A DNA stretch of 63,884 bases, filler included, from Thraustochytrium aureum (lineage: Eukaryota): the NCBI GenBank assembly GCA_012862495.1. It is 5 parts of 5 records of this genome, joined end to end, with 100 filler letters (N's around TTAATTAATTAA, not from the genome) between each part and the next. Parts side by side here need not be neighbours in the genome. Positions count along the whole stretch, not along the records: positions 11,956 to 37,682 come from BLSG01000134.1; 4 more parts are not named here. One strand, given 5' to 3'. The notes under the pieces were generated by a model that worked only from the letters and a program-made list of their open reading frames with translations, was not told the DNA's origin and did not search any database. This document shows positions 22,401 to 33,380 of this stretch, piece after piece (within the stretch, counting starts at the first letter, position 1; each line of letters begins with the position of its first letter). Position numbers and translations under genes: made by a program.

Positions 22401-24104
22401 GGCCAACGCCGAGTCGCTCCTCGACTTTGCCACCGACCACTCGTTCGAGTTCCGCTCGGTCGACCTCCTTTTTCACTACCGCTCGCTGGACCCGGCCCTG
22501 ATGCGGTTCCACTGCGCGGCGGTGTACCCGAACCTGGCCCTCTGCCCCGAGCAGGCCGCGGGGCCCGGCCCCCGAGGACGGCATGGCGATAGAGCTCACG
22601 CAAGTGAACGGCGTGTACAGAGACCAGTCGAACAAGCGCGAGGCCGCCGCGGTGGTCGAGCTGCTGCGATCGATCGTGCCACAGGCGGCCCAGCGAGGGC
22701 GGTCTGTCGCGGTCGCCACGTTCAACGACGTCCAGAAAAAGCTCATCTACAAGCTCATCAAAGACTGCGCCGACCCCGACTTTGCGCGCGAGGTGCGGGC
22801 GCTGCAGAGCCAGCAGCTCTTCTTTGTTAAAAACCTTGAAAACCTGCAGGGCGACGAGGTGGACGTGCTGGTCGTGTCGACCACGTTTGGGCCGAGCGCG
22901 GCTGGCGTCTTTGCGCAGCGCTTCGGGCGCATCAACTTTACAGGGCTCGGGTACAGGTACCTGAATGTCCTCTTCTCGCGCGCCAAGCGCAAGATCCACC
23001 TGGTAACCTCGATTCCGGAGCGCGAGTATGTCTCGCCCGCGCGGATTCTCGACGACGCGGGGACCCTCAGCGGGCCCTCCATGTTGTACGGCTTCTTGTC
23101 CTACGCCAAGGCCATCAGCACCGGCGACAGCGCTCGGGTCGCGAGCGTGCTGCGNNNNNNNNNNNNNNNNNNNNNNNNNNNNNNNNNNNNNNNNNNNNNN
23201 NNNNNNNNNNNNNNNNNNNNNNNNNNNNNNNNNNNNNNNNNNNNNNNNNNNNNNNNNNNNNNNNNNNNNNNNNNNNNNNNNNNNNNNNNNNNNNNNNNNN
23301 NNNNNNNNNNNNNNNNNNNNNNNNNNNNNNNNNNNNNNNNNNNNNNNNNNNNNNNNNNNNNNNNNNNNNNNNNNNNNNNNNNNNNNNNNNNNNNNNNNNN
23401 NNNNNNNNNNNNNNNNNNNNNNNNNNNNNNNNNNNNNNNNNNNNNNNNNNNNNNNNNNNNNNNNNNNNNNNNNNNNNNNNNNNNNNNNNNNNNNNTTTCG
23501 CCCAGAAAAGTCCACTCCGGGCAACCTGCAAGAGCTCGTCGGCAAGCTCGGGGGGCGCCGAATCCGGATCGCGGCGTCTCGGTGCCAAAAGCTGCGGGGA
23601 GATATTCCACGCGAAATGTTCCTGGACGAAGTCGAGCACAAGATGGCGCTCCACTACCTGTCCGAGATCGGCGCCGAGGGTTCCACGCAGGCTGACGTCG
23701 CTCCCGCCAGCGAGCCCAAGCCCTCGAACGCAGCACGGCGCGGCCGCGCTTTGAGCGAGCTCGAGCAGACCACGGATGAGACCAAGACGCCGGCCGCCAA
23801 ACCGGCCAGAGGGGAGCCCGCCAAGTCGGCGCGCCCCGCGCCAGCGCCGGCGCGCAGAGGCCGGCGCAAGAGGACCAAGGTGAATTTGGACTCGGACTTT
23901 GAGGAGATGGATGACGCGGAGGACGACCCCGATTTTCACACGGGCGAGTCTGACGCCGGTGCGGCGGGCCAGGTTGGCGGCGATGATGATGAGGACGAGC
24001 CTTACACGCGCGCTCGCGCCGGCGCCGCATCCGTCGGTGACTCTCGCATTCCGGAACAAGCGTGCGGCGAGCCACGCAAGGATTCTCACGCTAGCTCTCG
24101 CTAA
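19449..24104 (+). CDS. DUF4011 + superfamily-1 (Upf1/DNA2-type, AAA_11/AAA_12) helicase, Hhe-like; frameshifts near 19620-19690, 22225 and 22565; gap 23155-23495
   Basis: DUF4011-like FGVDSLRLGFPLV...LCPLALWKVKL...ELNDAL. Helicase motifs: Q motif LDPSQ, Walker A INGPPGTGKSQT (20378-20401), Ia VVCEK, FDLVVVDEASQ, IAGDNKQMPPT, ESLLD..LLFHYRS, VATFNDVQ, VKNLENLQGDEVD, YLNVLFSRAK. Confidence 0.88.
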
Positions 24105-24283
24105 AGTAGCCAGCCAGCCAGGCAGAGGACGCTCTTGGCGTCGTCAAGCCTGGGCTTGAAGGCCTCTTTCTATAGATACCCCATCCCACAGTCGCTTGCC
24201 TTCTGTTTTTTGTTGCTGATTCTGCTTCTAAGTTACTCTACATTCACATCTACGCTGCGCATCGTCCGAGGTCGTCGCCGTGC

Positions 24284-27200
24284 TCACACGTCCACCTGTC
24301 TGACTGGCGTAAACTCCTCGTGGCTGCTGAAGGCCTGGCGCTCTAGCTCGGCGTCCGAGGGCGGGGCCGAGGTCTGCGTCGCTGGCACCTCCTCACGGTC
24401 GTCGATGAACTCGCTCTCGTCGTCGCCAGCGGAGAGCACCTTGCCAAGGAGCGAGGAAAACCAGCCCTTCTGCTGCGAGGGCTTTGGCCGCCTGTCGCGC
24501 TGCGCGGTTGGGCTGCAGCGGTCACTGGCGGCGAAGCCTAGTCCGTCAACGTCGTGGTTGTTGCCTCGCGGTGACGGCGTGGCCGACCTGGCCAGCGCCG
24601 AGGGTTCGGCGCGCGGCCATCGCAAGGTGGACTGCGTCTTCCGGTAGCTGTTGACAGCTGCCTTTGCGCTCCTGGGCGAGTGCCTGGCGCTGCGGAGCGA
24701 CCACGGATCCGAGGTCTGCTCTTCGTACCGCGCGTCTTTGGCCTCCGCAAACGGGTTTAGCTGACCATCGGCGAGCCGAACCAGCTGTTGCAAGAGTTCG
24801 ACGATCTGGCAGAGCGACTTTGCGGGCCGCTCTGCCAGCACCATCTGGATGCGCGCGCAGTTGGCCGCAGTATTGCCCTGCAAATTCCTGCGCTCCAAGT
24901 CGACACCGTATCGCGTCAGCAGCTGCACCACCTTGAGGTGGCCTTTGGAGCCCTTGCCCGAGGCTGCAGCATGCAAGGGCGAGTCCCCGTTGGCGTCGAC
25001 CGCGTCCGGCGAAGCCCCATGCTGGAGCAGGAGCTCGGCCAAAGGCGCGTTGCCCAGCGAGCAAGCAAGGTGCAGCGGTGTCGCGCCGCGGATGTCTGCG
25101 CTATTGACGTCTGCGCCGTGGTCCAGGAGGAGGGAGGCCACGCGCTCGATGCGAGCCCTAACCACCTTATTGNNNNNNNNNNNNNNNNNNNNNNNNNNNN
25201 NNNNNNNNNNNNNNNNNNNNNNNNNNNNNNNNNNNNNNNNNNNNNNNNNNNNNNNNNNNNNNNNNNNNNNNNNNNNNNNNNNNNNNNNNNNNNNNNNNNN
25301 NNNNNNNNNNNNNNNNNNNNNNNNNNNNNNNNNNNNNNNNNNNNNNNNNNNNNNNNNNNNNNNNNNNNNNNNNNNNNNNNNNNNNNNNNNNNNNNNNNNN
25401 NNNNNNNNNNNNNNNNNNNNNNNNNNNNNNNNNNNNNNNNNNNNNNNNNNNNNNNNNNNNNNNNNNNNNNNNNNNNNNNNNNNNNNNNNNNNNNNNNNNN
25501 NNNNNNNNNNNNNNNNNNNNNNNNNNNNNNNNNNNNNNNNNNNNNNNNNNNNNNNNNNNNNNNNNNNNNNNNNNNNNNNNNNNNNNNNNNNNNNNNNNNN
25601 NNNNNNNNNNNNNNNNNNNNNNNNNNNNNNNNNNNNNNNNNNNNNNNNNNNNNNNNNNNNNNNNNNNNNNNNNNNNNNNNNNNNNNNNNNNNNNNNNNNN
25701 NNNNNNNNNNNNNNNNNNNNNNNNNNNNNNNNGGGAAGCCTTGGCTGCTCTCTCGAAAAACTTGGCCCACACCTTGCCGATCACCTCGGCTTTCTGCGGG
25801 TCGAGGCCATCTGACGCCGCGGAAACAGGCTCGTTTTCCAGGGTCAGCTCGTTTTGCGCGCCAGACTCAATTTCGGCTTCCCAGGCAGGGCCACGGTCAC
25901 CAGCGACAAATGGAGCTGGCTCACTCTCTTGCTCAGGAGCGCTCCATCGCGATTCACCGGTCAGCGGGTTGAAGAGGTAGGGGTAGCCGTCTGGCGTGAC
26001 ATGCTGCTCCCAGTTCTCGGCGACAGATTGCTCCTGCTCGGCCGGGGTGGCCCCTGCATCTTGCCACGCAGAATGCGCGTGCTCCACTTCTCCCCTGCTC
26101 TCAAGGTCTTCCCCGCTGAGGGGTGTTGCCCTCGCAGCGGCGTCGTCATGGGCGTAGTCTGGAGCGTTGGCCCATTCGTCACCGCGCGGGCTGCTTTCCT
26201 TGTATTCGAACGTCGACCCGGAACTGGCAGCATAGTCAAGTCGGCCCGTGTACATTGCCGGGTCAAGGCTGTCGGCTTGCCCAGCGTTGGCCTTGCTCTC
26301 GTAGGCGTACTCGACCTCTGTGCCAATCTGGGTAGTTTCTGTGGCGCGACTTGGCCCCGCATTGTCGAGCGCTTGCTGCGCCTTTGCGAACAGCTCTGAC
26401 CGGTCTTCGTGCAGCGCGACGACCTGGTCGCGCAAACCGAGGATGTCGTCCTCGCGCTCGTCCAGCGCCCGGCTCAGCTCTTCGCTGCGCAAGCCGGCTT
26501 GAACAAGCTTGGCGCGCAGCACCGAGCATTCGGCCTCTGCCCTCTCCGCGCGGTCTTGCCACTGGTTGGCCTTGTCGAGCTCGCCCTCAAGCATCGCCGC
26601 GTGGAGCTTCCACAGCTTGAGCTGGGCACGCGCCTCGACTGCGAGCAGCGCGTCCTGTGTGCTCGCGTCTGCCGCAACATCCAGGGCCGTCTGCCCCTGA
26701 GCGTTGCGAAACTCGAGCAAGCTTGCCTCTTTGCCGGTTGCGGCGTCGATTGCACGGCAGCGGGCAAAAAGGCGGGCACAGTTGGTTGCTCCTGCGCGCG
26801 AGGCAATGTGAAGCGGCGTGTCCGAGTTGACGTCGTGCGCGGGAAAGACGAGTGGCAGCGTCCAGGGTGTGTCCGTCGTGCCGAGCGCGATCGAGGCGCC
26901 GTGCATGCTTGCGAGGCGCCCCACGACCTCCTCCGACGCGTTCTGGGCCGCTAAAAAGTGCATCAAGGAGCCGCCGCTGGCAAACTGAAACGAGCCGCTG
27001 GTCCTCGCGCCAAGCGAAACGAGGAGATCGGCCATCTGCGCCGAGTGCGCATAAGCGATGCTAGGGAGCCATTTCTCGTCAAGCGCGTTGACGTCGATGC
27101 CCGCCCGCGCGAGGGCCAGCACTTGCCTGACGCGGTCACCAGCCACAGCAGCGTGCAAGCGCGACACAACTTGCATCGCCTCGAGGTAGGCTTGCTGGTC

Positions 27201-27523
27201 GTCGCTGGAGGCGTCCGAGGAGGCGTCTGTGCTCGCCGGCTCTGGGTTTGCCGTGCTGCTAGACTCGTCGCTTGCCCAGGACTGGTCGTCCGCGTCAGCT
27301 GACGCGTTCGGGTCGAGGATATCAAGCTCGGGCTGCTCCCATTGCGAGATGCCAGACTCGGCGTTGTACCAGTATGGGTCGCCCTCTTCTGTGACGTGGC
27401 GCTCCCAGCCCAAGCGCGCCGCTTGGAGCTCGTCGAATGCCTGCATGCGCGCCTCGATTTCTTTTACCTTTTCGCGCACGGAGAAGGACCTGGTCGGCAG
27501 CAGTGCCGGCTGTGCGGAACTCG
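24284..27523 (-). CDS. WW-domain / ankyrin-repeat / coiled-coil protein (5' end in gap; internal gap 25173-25731)
   Basis: Two WW domains (WERHVTEEGDPYWYNAESGISQWEQP; WEQHVTPDGYPYLFNPLTGESRWSAP) and ankyrin repeats (DTPLHIA, GATPLHLAC, GDSPLHAAA). Confidence 0.85.
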
Positions 27524-28237
27524 NNNNNNNNNNNNNNNNNNNNNNNNNNNNNNNNNNNNNNNNNNNNNNNNNNNNNNNNNNNNNNNNNNNNNNNNNNNNN
27601 NNNNNNNNNNNNNNNNNNNNNNNNNNNNNNNNNNNNNNNNNNNNNNNNNNNNNNNNNNNNNNNNNNNNNNNNNNNNNNNNNNNNNNNNNNNNNNNNNNNN
27701 NNNNNNNNNNNNNNNNNNNNNNNNNNNNNNNNNNNNNNNNNNNNNNNNNNNNNNNNNNNNNNNNNNNNNNNNNNNNNNNNNNNNNNNNNNNNNNNNNNNN
27801 NNNNNNNNNNNNNNNNNNNNNNNNNNNNNNNNNNNNNNNNNNNNNNNNNNNNNNNNNNNNNNNNNNNNNNNNNNNNNNNNNNNNNNNNNNNNNNNNNNNN
27901 NNNNNNNNNNNNNNNNNNNNNNNNNNNNNNNNNNNNNNNNNNNNNNNNNNNNNNNNNNNNNNNNNNNNNNNNNNNNNNNNNNNNNNNNNNNNNNNNNNNN
28001 NNNNNNNNNNNNNNNNNNNNNNNNNNNNNNNNNNNNNNNNNNNNNNNNNNNNNNNNNNNNNNNNNNNNNNNNNNNNNNNNNNNNNNNNNNNNNNNNNNNN
28101 NNNNNNNNNNNNNNNNNNNNNNNNNNNNNNNNNNNNNNNNNNNTTTTCAAAAGGGCCGCACGGCGCGAGGTGCCGGCGCGAGTGAGCGCAAAGCTCACCA
28201 AGTCGCGCAGCGAGCGAGCGAGCGAACGGTCCCGCTT

Positions 28238-30439
28238 CTAAAGAGAGAGGTTGCTCTTGAGGCGCTCGAGGGTTGCCCGTGCTTGCACAGTCTGCCGATG
28301 TTCCTCCCCGAGCGTCTGGGTGTAAATGTGGATAGCCTCCACAACATGGTCGGTGGCCCCCGTCACGTCGCCTTTGGCCTCGAGGGCGCTCGCCGAGCTG
28401 AGCAGCGCCATGGCAAAGGCGGGCTGCATGGCGCCCATCGGCGAAGCACGGCGAATGAGATCAAGCGAGTGCTTGTAGACCTGCAGAGCCTTTGTGGTGT
28501 CCTCCGCCTCGTAGAGCCTTCCCAGCTCGAGCATGACGGTAGGCACGATCGGGTCGTGGTCCCCCAAACGCATGCGGCCGACCGCAAGCGCCTCGCGCAG
28601 GGCCCGCAACGCGCTGTCCCTGTCGCCAGACTTTTTGTACACGGAGGAGATCGCCACGAGGGTATGGACAACCTCGGCGTGCCCCTCGAGCATGCGGTGC
28701 GTGTTGAGGGCCTTGCGCAACCACAGCAGGGCCTCGTCCAGCTGGCCCTGCTCCCCGTAGAGCTGGCCGATCGAGCAGAGCGTCTCGGCGACCTCAGCAG
28801 ACCTTTTCCCGAGCTTGCGCACGCGGATGTTGAGGGCGGTCTGCAGGCGCTCAAAGGCTTGCTCGAACTGGCCGCGCTCGATCTCGACCTCGGCGATGCC
28901 CTGCAGCACAAAGGCCTTTTCCAGGTCGTCGCGGCCGTCCTTGCGGCGCAAGATCTCAAGGCTCTGCTCGAAGTGGCCGAGGGCCTGGTCCTGGTCGCCG
29001 AGCTTGGCGAGGATGCGCGCCATGCGCGAGAGCGTGAGCGCGATCTGCTCGTCGAACTGGCCGTTCGCGTTGTTGTTGGTCTTGGTGAAGCGCGCGAGCG
29101 CTTGGCCGTAGCAGGAGAGCGCGTTGTCGTAGTCGGCTAGCGCGGTGAGCGCGTTGGCGATGTTGCCGTACACGGCGGCGATGGCGACGTCGGCGCCGTC
29201 CAGCTGCTTGAGGAGGCGCAGCGCCTCGCGGTACAGGGCTTCGGCCTTGAGCGGCTCGTTTAGCTCCTCCATTAGGCGCCCTGCGTGCGAGAAGACCGTG
29301 GCACACCGCTGCGTCTCGCCGCGCTGGAGCATGTTGACTCCTTCCTCCTTGCGGAACTCCACCAGAGCAGCCGTGGTGCATTGGACGAGCCAGCCGGCGA
29401 GTTGCTTTGCGACGACGTTGTTAAGCACATCTGCGCCGCCCTCGAGGCCGTCCACGGCCTCGCGGATAAACTGGCTGTGGATCTCGTTGTTGCACTTGGC
29501 GAGGCGGATGTCGGGCTGGGTCACGCTGTCCACGAGGTTGTCAAAGTCGGTTTCGAGCGCGACGATGAATTCGCGGGCAGCGCCTCGGGCAGTGAGGACG
29601 TGCGACTGTCGCAGCGTCGCGGTAATGCCGTAAATTTCCCACAGGCAGCGCGCCCGGGCCAGCGGCAGCGGCTTTGCCCACGAGTGCATGTAGACAAGGA
29701 CCTCGTCGAAGGACTTGATCGCGACCTTGAGGCCCTGCTGGAGGAGCACGCGCTCCTCCGCGAGCACGGATGCCTCCATGACGCGCCCGTGCTGGTTGAA
29801 CATGTGCAGAAAGACGTGCTCCTTGCTCAGCGTGGAGCCCTTGCTCACAAAGTGATCGAGGAGCGAGTCCACCAGGTCGGCAAACCTGGAGGACCCGGCG
29901 TAGGAGACGAAGGCCCCCTGGAACCGCTTGCCCAGCTTGTGGGCCGCGCTGCTTCGCCGGCCCAGCTTGGCCACCATCTGCTCAAACGTGTTGGCGGCCA
30001 CCACAAAGTCGGACACGTCTTGAACGGTCCATTCGCTGCGGGGCTTCTCGCGCGCCTCCGAGGGGGAGAAAGGAAAGGTCTCTGACCGAAACGGGCCGCG
30101 GCCAAGCAGACGGTCCGGTTCCACCGCAGTCTCGTCGCCCGGGCCTTTCTGCGAGCGCGAGCTCGTCATGCCGACCAGCTCGAAGGTCATGCCCTGGCGG
30201 ATCTCGTTGGAAATGTTGGCCTTGGCCACGAACAGCTGCACGCCTTGAGCGACTGCGCCGCTTTCGATGCCGCGCCGCAGGTCCTCCACGAAGAGGAGCG
30301 GGAGTCCTCTGAACGCGTCAAGCGGGACCTCGGCGAACCCGCTCGGCGAGGACCGCCGCTTCGTCGCCAGCGACCCCAAGCTGCGCCTGATGGAGGTCAC
30401 GCCCGTGCCGACGGACCGCCGGATCGAAAACCGGTTCAT
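28238..30439 (-). CDS. Protein with an N-terminal TIR-like domain and C-terminal kinesin-light-chain-type TPR repeats (733 aa)
   Basis: About seven ~42-aa TPRs (e.g. IAAVYGNIANALTALADYDNALSCYGQAL, VAETLCSIGQLYGEQGQLDEALLWLRKAL). The N-terminal domain has AFVSYA...F.DLV...FNQH...W.KPLPL.R.RCLWEI. Confidence 0.85.
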   Translation of the reverse strand: MNRFSIRRSVGTGVTSIRRSLGSLATKRRSSPSGFAEVPLDAFRGLPLLFVEDLRRGIESGAVAQGVQLFVAKANISNEIRQGMTFELVGMTSSRSQKGPGDETAVEPDRLLGRGPFRSETFPFSPSEAREKPRSEWTVQDVSDFVVAANTFEQMVAKLGRRSSAAHKLGKRFQGAFVSYAGSSRFADLVDSLLDHFVSKGSTLSKEHVFLHMFNQHGRVMEASVLAEERVLLQQGLKVAIKSFDEVLVYMHSWAKPLPLARARCLWEIYGITATLRQSHVLTARGAAREFIVALETDFDNLVDSVTQPDIRLAKCNNEIHSQFIREAVDGLEGGADVLNNVVAKQLAGWLVQCTTAALVEFRKEEGVNMLQRGETQRCATVFSHAGRLMEELNEPLKAEALYREALRLLKQLDGADVAIAAVYGNIANALTALADYDNALSCYGQALARFTKTNNNANGQFDEQIALTLSRMARILAKLGDQDQALGHFEQSLEILRRKDGRDDLEKAFVLQGIAEVEIERGQFEQAFERLQTALNIRVRKLGKRSAEVAETLCSIGQLYGEQGQLDEALLWLRKALNTHRMLEGHAEVVHTLVAISSVYKKSGDRDSALRALREALAVGRMRLGDHDPIVPTVMLELGRLYEAEDTTKALQVYKHSLDLIRRASPMGAMQPAFAMALLSSASALEAKGDVTGATDHVVEAIHIYTQTLGEEHRQTVQARATLERLKSNLSL

Positions 30440-30597
30440 CGCGTCGCCCGCAGCCCAGGGTAGTCACACCCGGCACACCTCCCCGACCACCAAACTCGGC
30501 CTCCGCGACCGCCTCAGCGCGAGCGCCGAGCCCGCCAGGCCGAGCAGCGACCGCTCGCACGAGGCCGCTCAGCAGTCCAAGCAGCCAGCCCAGCCCG

Positions 30598-30599
30598 GG

Positions 30600-30667
<68 letters not shown>
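30598..30667 (+). repeat. Perfect (GGCA)n microsatellite, ~17 units
   Basis: Uninterrupted AGGC run, ~160 bp upstream of the TPR gene start. Confidence 0.95.
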
Positions 30668-30668
<1 letters not shown>

Positions 30669-31397
30669 AGGCGAGGCGAGANNNNNNNNNNNNNNNNNNN
30701 NNNNNNNNNNNNNNNNNNNNNNNNNNNNNNNNNNNNNNNNNNNNNNNNNNNNNNNNNNNNNNNNNNNNNNNNNNNNNNNNNNNNNNNNNNNNNNNNNNNN
30801 NNNNNNNNNNNNNNNNNNNNNNNNNNNNNNNNNNNNNNNNNNNNNNNNNNNNNNNNNNNNNNNNNNNNNNNNNNNNNNNNNNNNNNNNNNNNNNNNNNNN
30901 NNNNNNNNNNNNNNNNNNNNNNNNNNNNNNNNNNNNNNNNNNNNNNNNNNNNNNNNNNNNNNNNNNNNNNNNNNNNNNNNNNNNNNNNNNNNNNNNNNNN
31001 NNNNNNNNNNNNNNNNNNNNNNNNNNNNNNNNNNNNNNNNNNNNNNNNNNNNNNNNNNNNNNNNNNNNNNNNNNNNNNNNNNNNNNNNNNNNNNNNNNNN
31101 NNNNNNNNNNNNNNNNNNNNNNNNNNNNNNNNNNNNNNNNNNNNNNNNNNNNNNNNNNNNNNNNNNNNNNNNNNNNNNNNNNNNNNNNNNNNNNNNNNNN
31201 NNNNNNNNNNNNNNNNNNNNNNNNNNNNNNNNNNNNNNNNNNNNNNNNNNNNNNNNNNNNNNNNNNNNNNNNNNNNNNNNNNNNNNNNNNNNNNNNNNNN
31301 NNNNNNNNNNNNNNNNNNNNNNNNNNNNNNNNNNNNNNNNNNNNNNNNNNNNNNNNNNNNNNNNNNNNNNNNNNNNNNNNNNNNNNNNCCTATGTCT

Positions 31398-33380
31398 TCA
31401 GAATTGCGCGATGGCGATGGCGGTGGACAGGCAGGCCGAGACGACGCCCGTGGCGAGAAGCGCGGTCGCTGGAAGGCGCTCTGTCCAAAAGTCTTGCGCG
31501 CAGCCGCTCTTGAGGAAGAAGAGCGGCGGGTAGACGAGCGCGAGCGGGACGCAGAAGAGGCCGCCGATGACCGCGACGAGCTTGTCCACCTTGGTGCCCG
31601 CCGCGATGCTGACCGCGACGCAGAACATGACGATGCAGGTCCGGATAAAGTTCTTTTGCCACTTGAAGCCGGAGCGCCGCAGCTTCTTGAAGAGGCGCTT
31701 CTCGATGATGCGCGCCGCGGGGAAGATCATGAGCGGAAACATGAACAGGGCGACAAGCACAAACATGAGCGTGACGACGAGCCCGCCGCGCTTGGGCAAG
31801 TTGTCGATGACGATGGGCTTGGTATCTTGCGCGTAGGCGTAAAAGTTGAGCGTGCCAAAGAGGCAGAACACGATCGTGACCGAGGAGACCACGCCCTTGA
31901 GCATGCCGGGCAGGCGCTCCGGCTCGCGCATCGAGTTTTGGATGGGGATCACCATGGTGATCCCCTCGAACACGTACACGGACGAGCCCAGGAACATGGG
32001 GAAGGTGCCCAGGTTGATCCAGGAGCACACGGTGTGGTCCGGGTCCGAGGGGTCGCAGGACCAGTCCGCGGTGCCCCTGTCCTCGGCGATCACCGTCGCG
32101 GCGCGGTAGAAGATGTAGACCAGCGCGACGAGCACGAACACGTTGGCGATAAAATTGGGCACCGCAAAGTGCTTGAGGTGGCGGATGAAGGTCAGCGGGG
32201 TGACCACCGGGACGGCAAGCAGCATGTAGGCGGAGAGCGCGAGGCCCTGCTCGCCCTCGGGCAGGTTTTTGCTGATAGCCTCGGAGAGCGTGTTGCCGAT
32301 GAAGCTGATGTACACGCAGCAAAACCCGATCTGGCTAAACAGGATGCTCGCCTCCACAACGCGCTTGCCGTAGTACCCCACCGTGTGGTAGCCCAGCTGC
32401 GAGTAGGACTGCACCTGCACGGGCTTGCGCGGGAACAGCGTGCTGGAGACCGCCGCGGCGGCCGCAGAGCTCAGCAGAGGGGTGCGCGGGCTCGCCGGCT
32501 GCACACCTGTCTCCATGTGCGTGCGCGTCTGAATGAGCAGGTTCATGCCGTAGAGGCTGATCGCCCCCACAATCAGGATCGTCAGGCAGCCTGCCAAGAG
32601 GCCGGCGTTGCGAAACCCAGAAGGCAGGAACATGATCCCGGTCGCCACAAAGCACTTGAACAGCGTGAAGACGGTCTTGCGCGGGCCGGCCTTGATGGCC
32701 TCGTCGTTGGCAAAGTCGGACGCGCGCCGGTGCAGCGAGCGCCGCCCGTAAGAGCTGAAGACCATGTTGTACCGCGCGTCCCGGCCCGACCTTGTGGTTC
32801 TGCTGCCGTCGTCCTCGTCCGAGTCCAAGTCGGACTCCTCGTCTTCCGAGTCGATCGCGTTTTCGACCCAGGCGTACAGCGTGGCCTCGTTGTTCTGGAG
32901 AAGCGCTGTCAGGAAGGGCACCGTGGCGACGTCTGGGACGCGCTCCTCGTCGTCGGCGTCGTTGATCACAAAGTCGCGCCGAAACCCGCCCGGCACGTTG
33001 ATGTCGGAGGCGTGCTGCAGTTCTGGGTAAGCCGCTTCGGGGAGCGTCGGGTGGGAGAGGCTGCGCTGCAGGCCCTCCGCCCCGTCTGGCGCGTGACCTA
33101 TCGCGCCGTAGCCCCCCCCGGCCGCGGCGCCGCTGTCGGCCTCCGCGCCTTGCATGTACTTCTCCACAATGACGTCTTTCATGATATCGCGGAGCGTGTC
33201 TGGCGTGTTGACGAGAATGCGCTCGTACGCGTCGTCTTCGATCGCGCTCTCCATCGCCGACTCGCGCACCTGGTCATCCGTGGCATCGTCCAGGGCCTGC
33301 TCCAGGAGCGCGGCCTCTTGCGCGGCGGCCCCGCCGTTCCGCCTGCGCCCTTGCCCTTGGCGCATCCCGCCGCCGCTCAT
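31398..33380 (-). CDS. AAAP-family amino acid transporter (Avt3/Avt4/PAT-like, 660 aa)
   Basis: VPGGFRRDF in the N-terminal region, TLFKCFVATGIMFLPSGFRNAG, SQIGFCCVY, VYVFEGITMVIPIQNSM and ~11 TM segments. Confidence 0.92.
   Translation of the reverse strand: MSGGGMRQGQGRRRNGGAAAQEAALLEQALDDATDDQVRESAMESAIEDDAYERILVNTPDTLRDIMKDVIVEKYMQGAEADSGAAAGGGYGAIGHAPDGAEGLQRSLSHPTLPEAAYPELQHASDINVPGGFRRDFVINDADDEERVPDVATVPFLTALLQNNEATLYAWVENAIDSEDEESDLDSDEDDGSRTTRSGRDARYNMVFSSYGRRSLHRRASDFANDEAIKAGPRKTVFTLFKCFVATGIMFLPSGFRNAGLLAGCLTILIVGAISLYGMNLLIQTRTHMETGVQPASPRTPLLSSAAAAAVSSTLFPRKPVQVQSYSQLGYHTVGYYGKRVVEASILFSQIGFCCVYISFIGNTLSEAISKNLPEGEQGLALSAYMLLAVPVVTPLTFIRHLKHFAVPNFIANVFVLVALVYIFYRAATVIAEDRGTADWSCDPSDPDHTVCSWINLGTFPMFLGSSVYVFEGITMVIPIQNSMREPERLPGMLKGVVSSVTIVFCLFGTLNFYAYAQDTKPIVIDNLPKRGGLVVTLMFVLVALFMFPLMIFPAARIIEKRLFKKLRRSGFKWQKNFIRTCIVMFCVAVSIAAGTKVDKLVAVIGGLFCVPLALVYPPLFFLKSGCAQDFWTERLPATALLATGVVSACLSTAIAIAQF

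Noticed and set aside
19449..24104. The helicase as ordinary UPF1/SEN1 or as bacterial contamination
   Set aside because: It lacks the UPF1 CH domain and has a DUF4011-like start with prokaryote-type motifs. Its flanks carry host microsatellites and a eukaryotic gene, and there is no operon context. Contamination is disfavoured but not formally excluded without reads.
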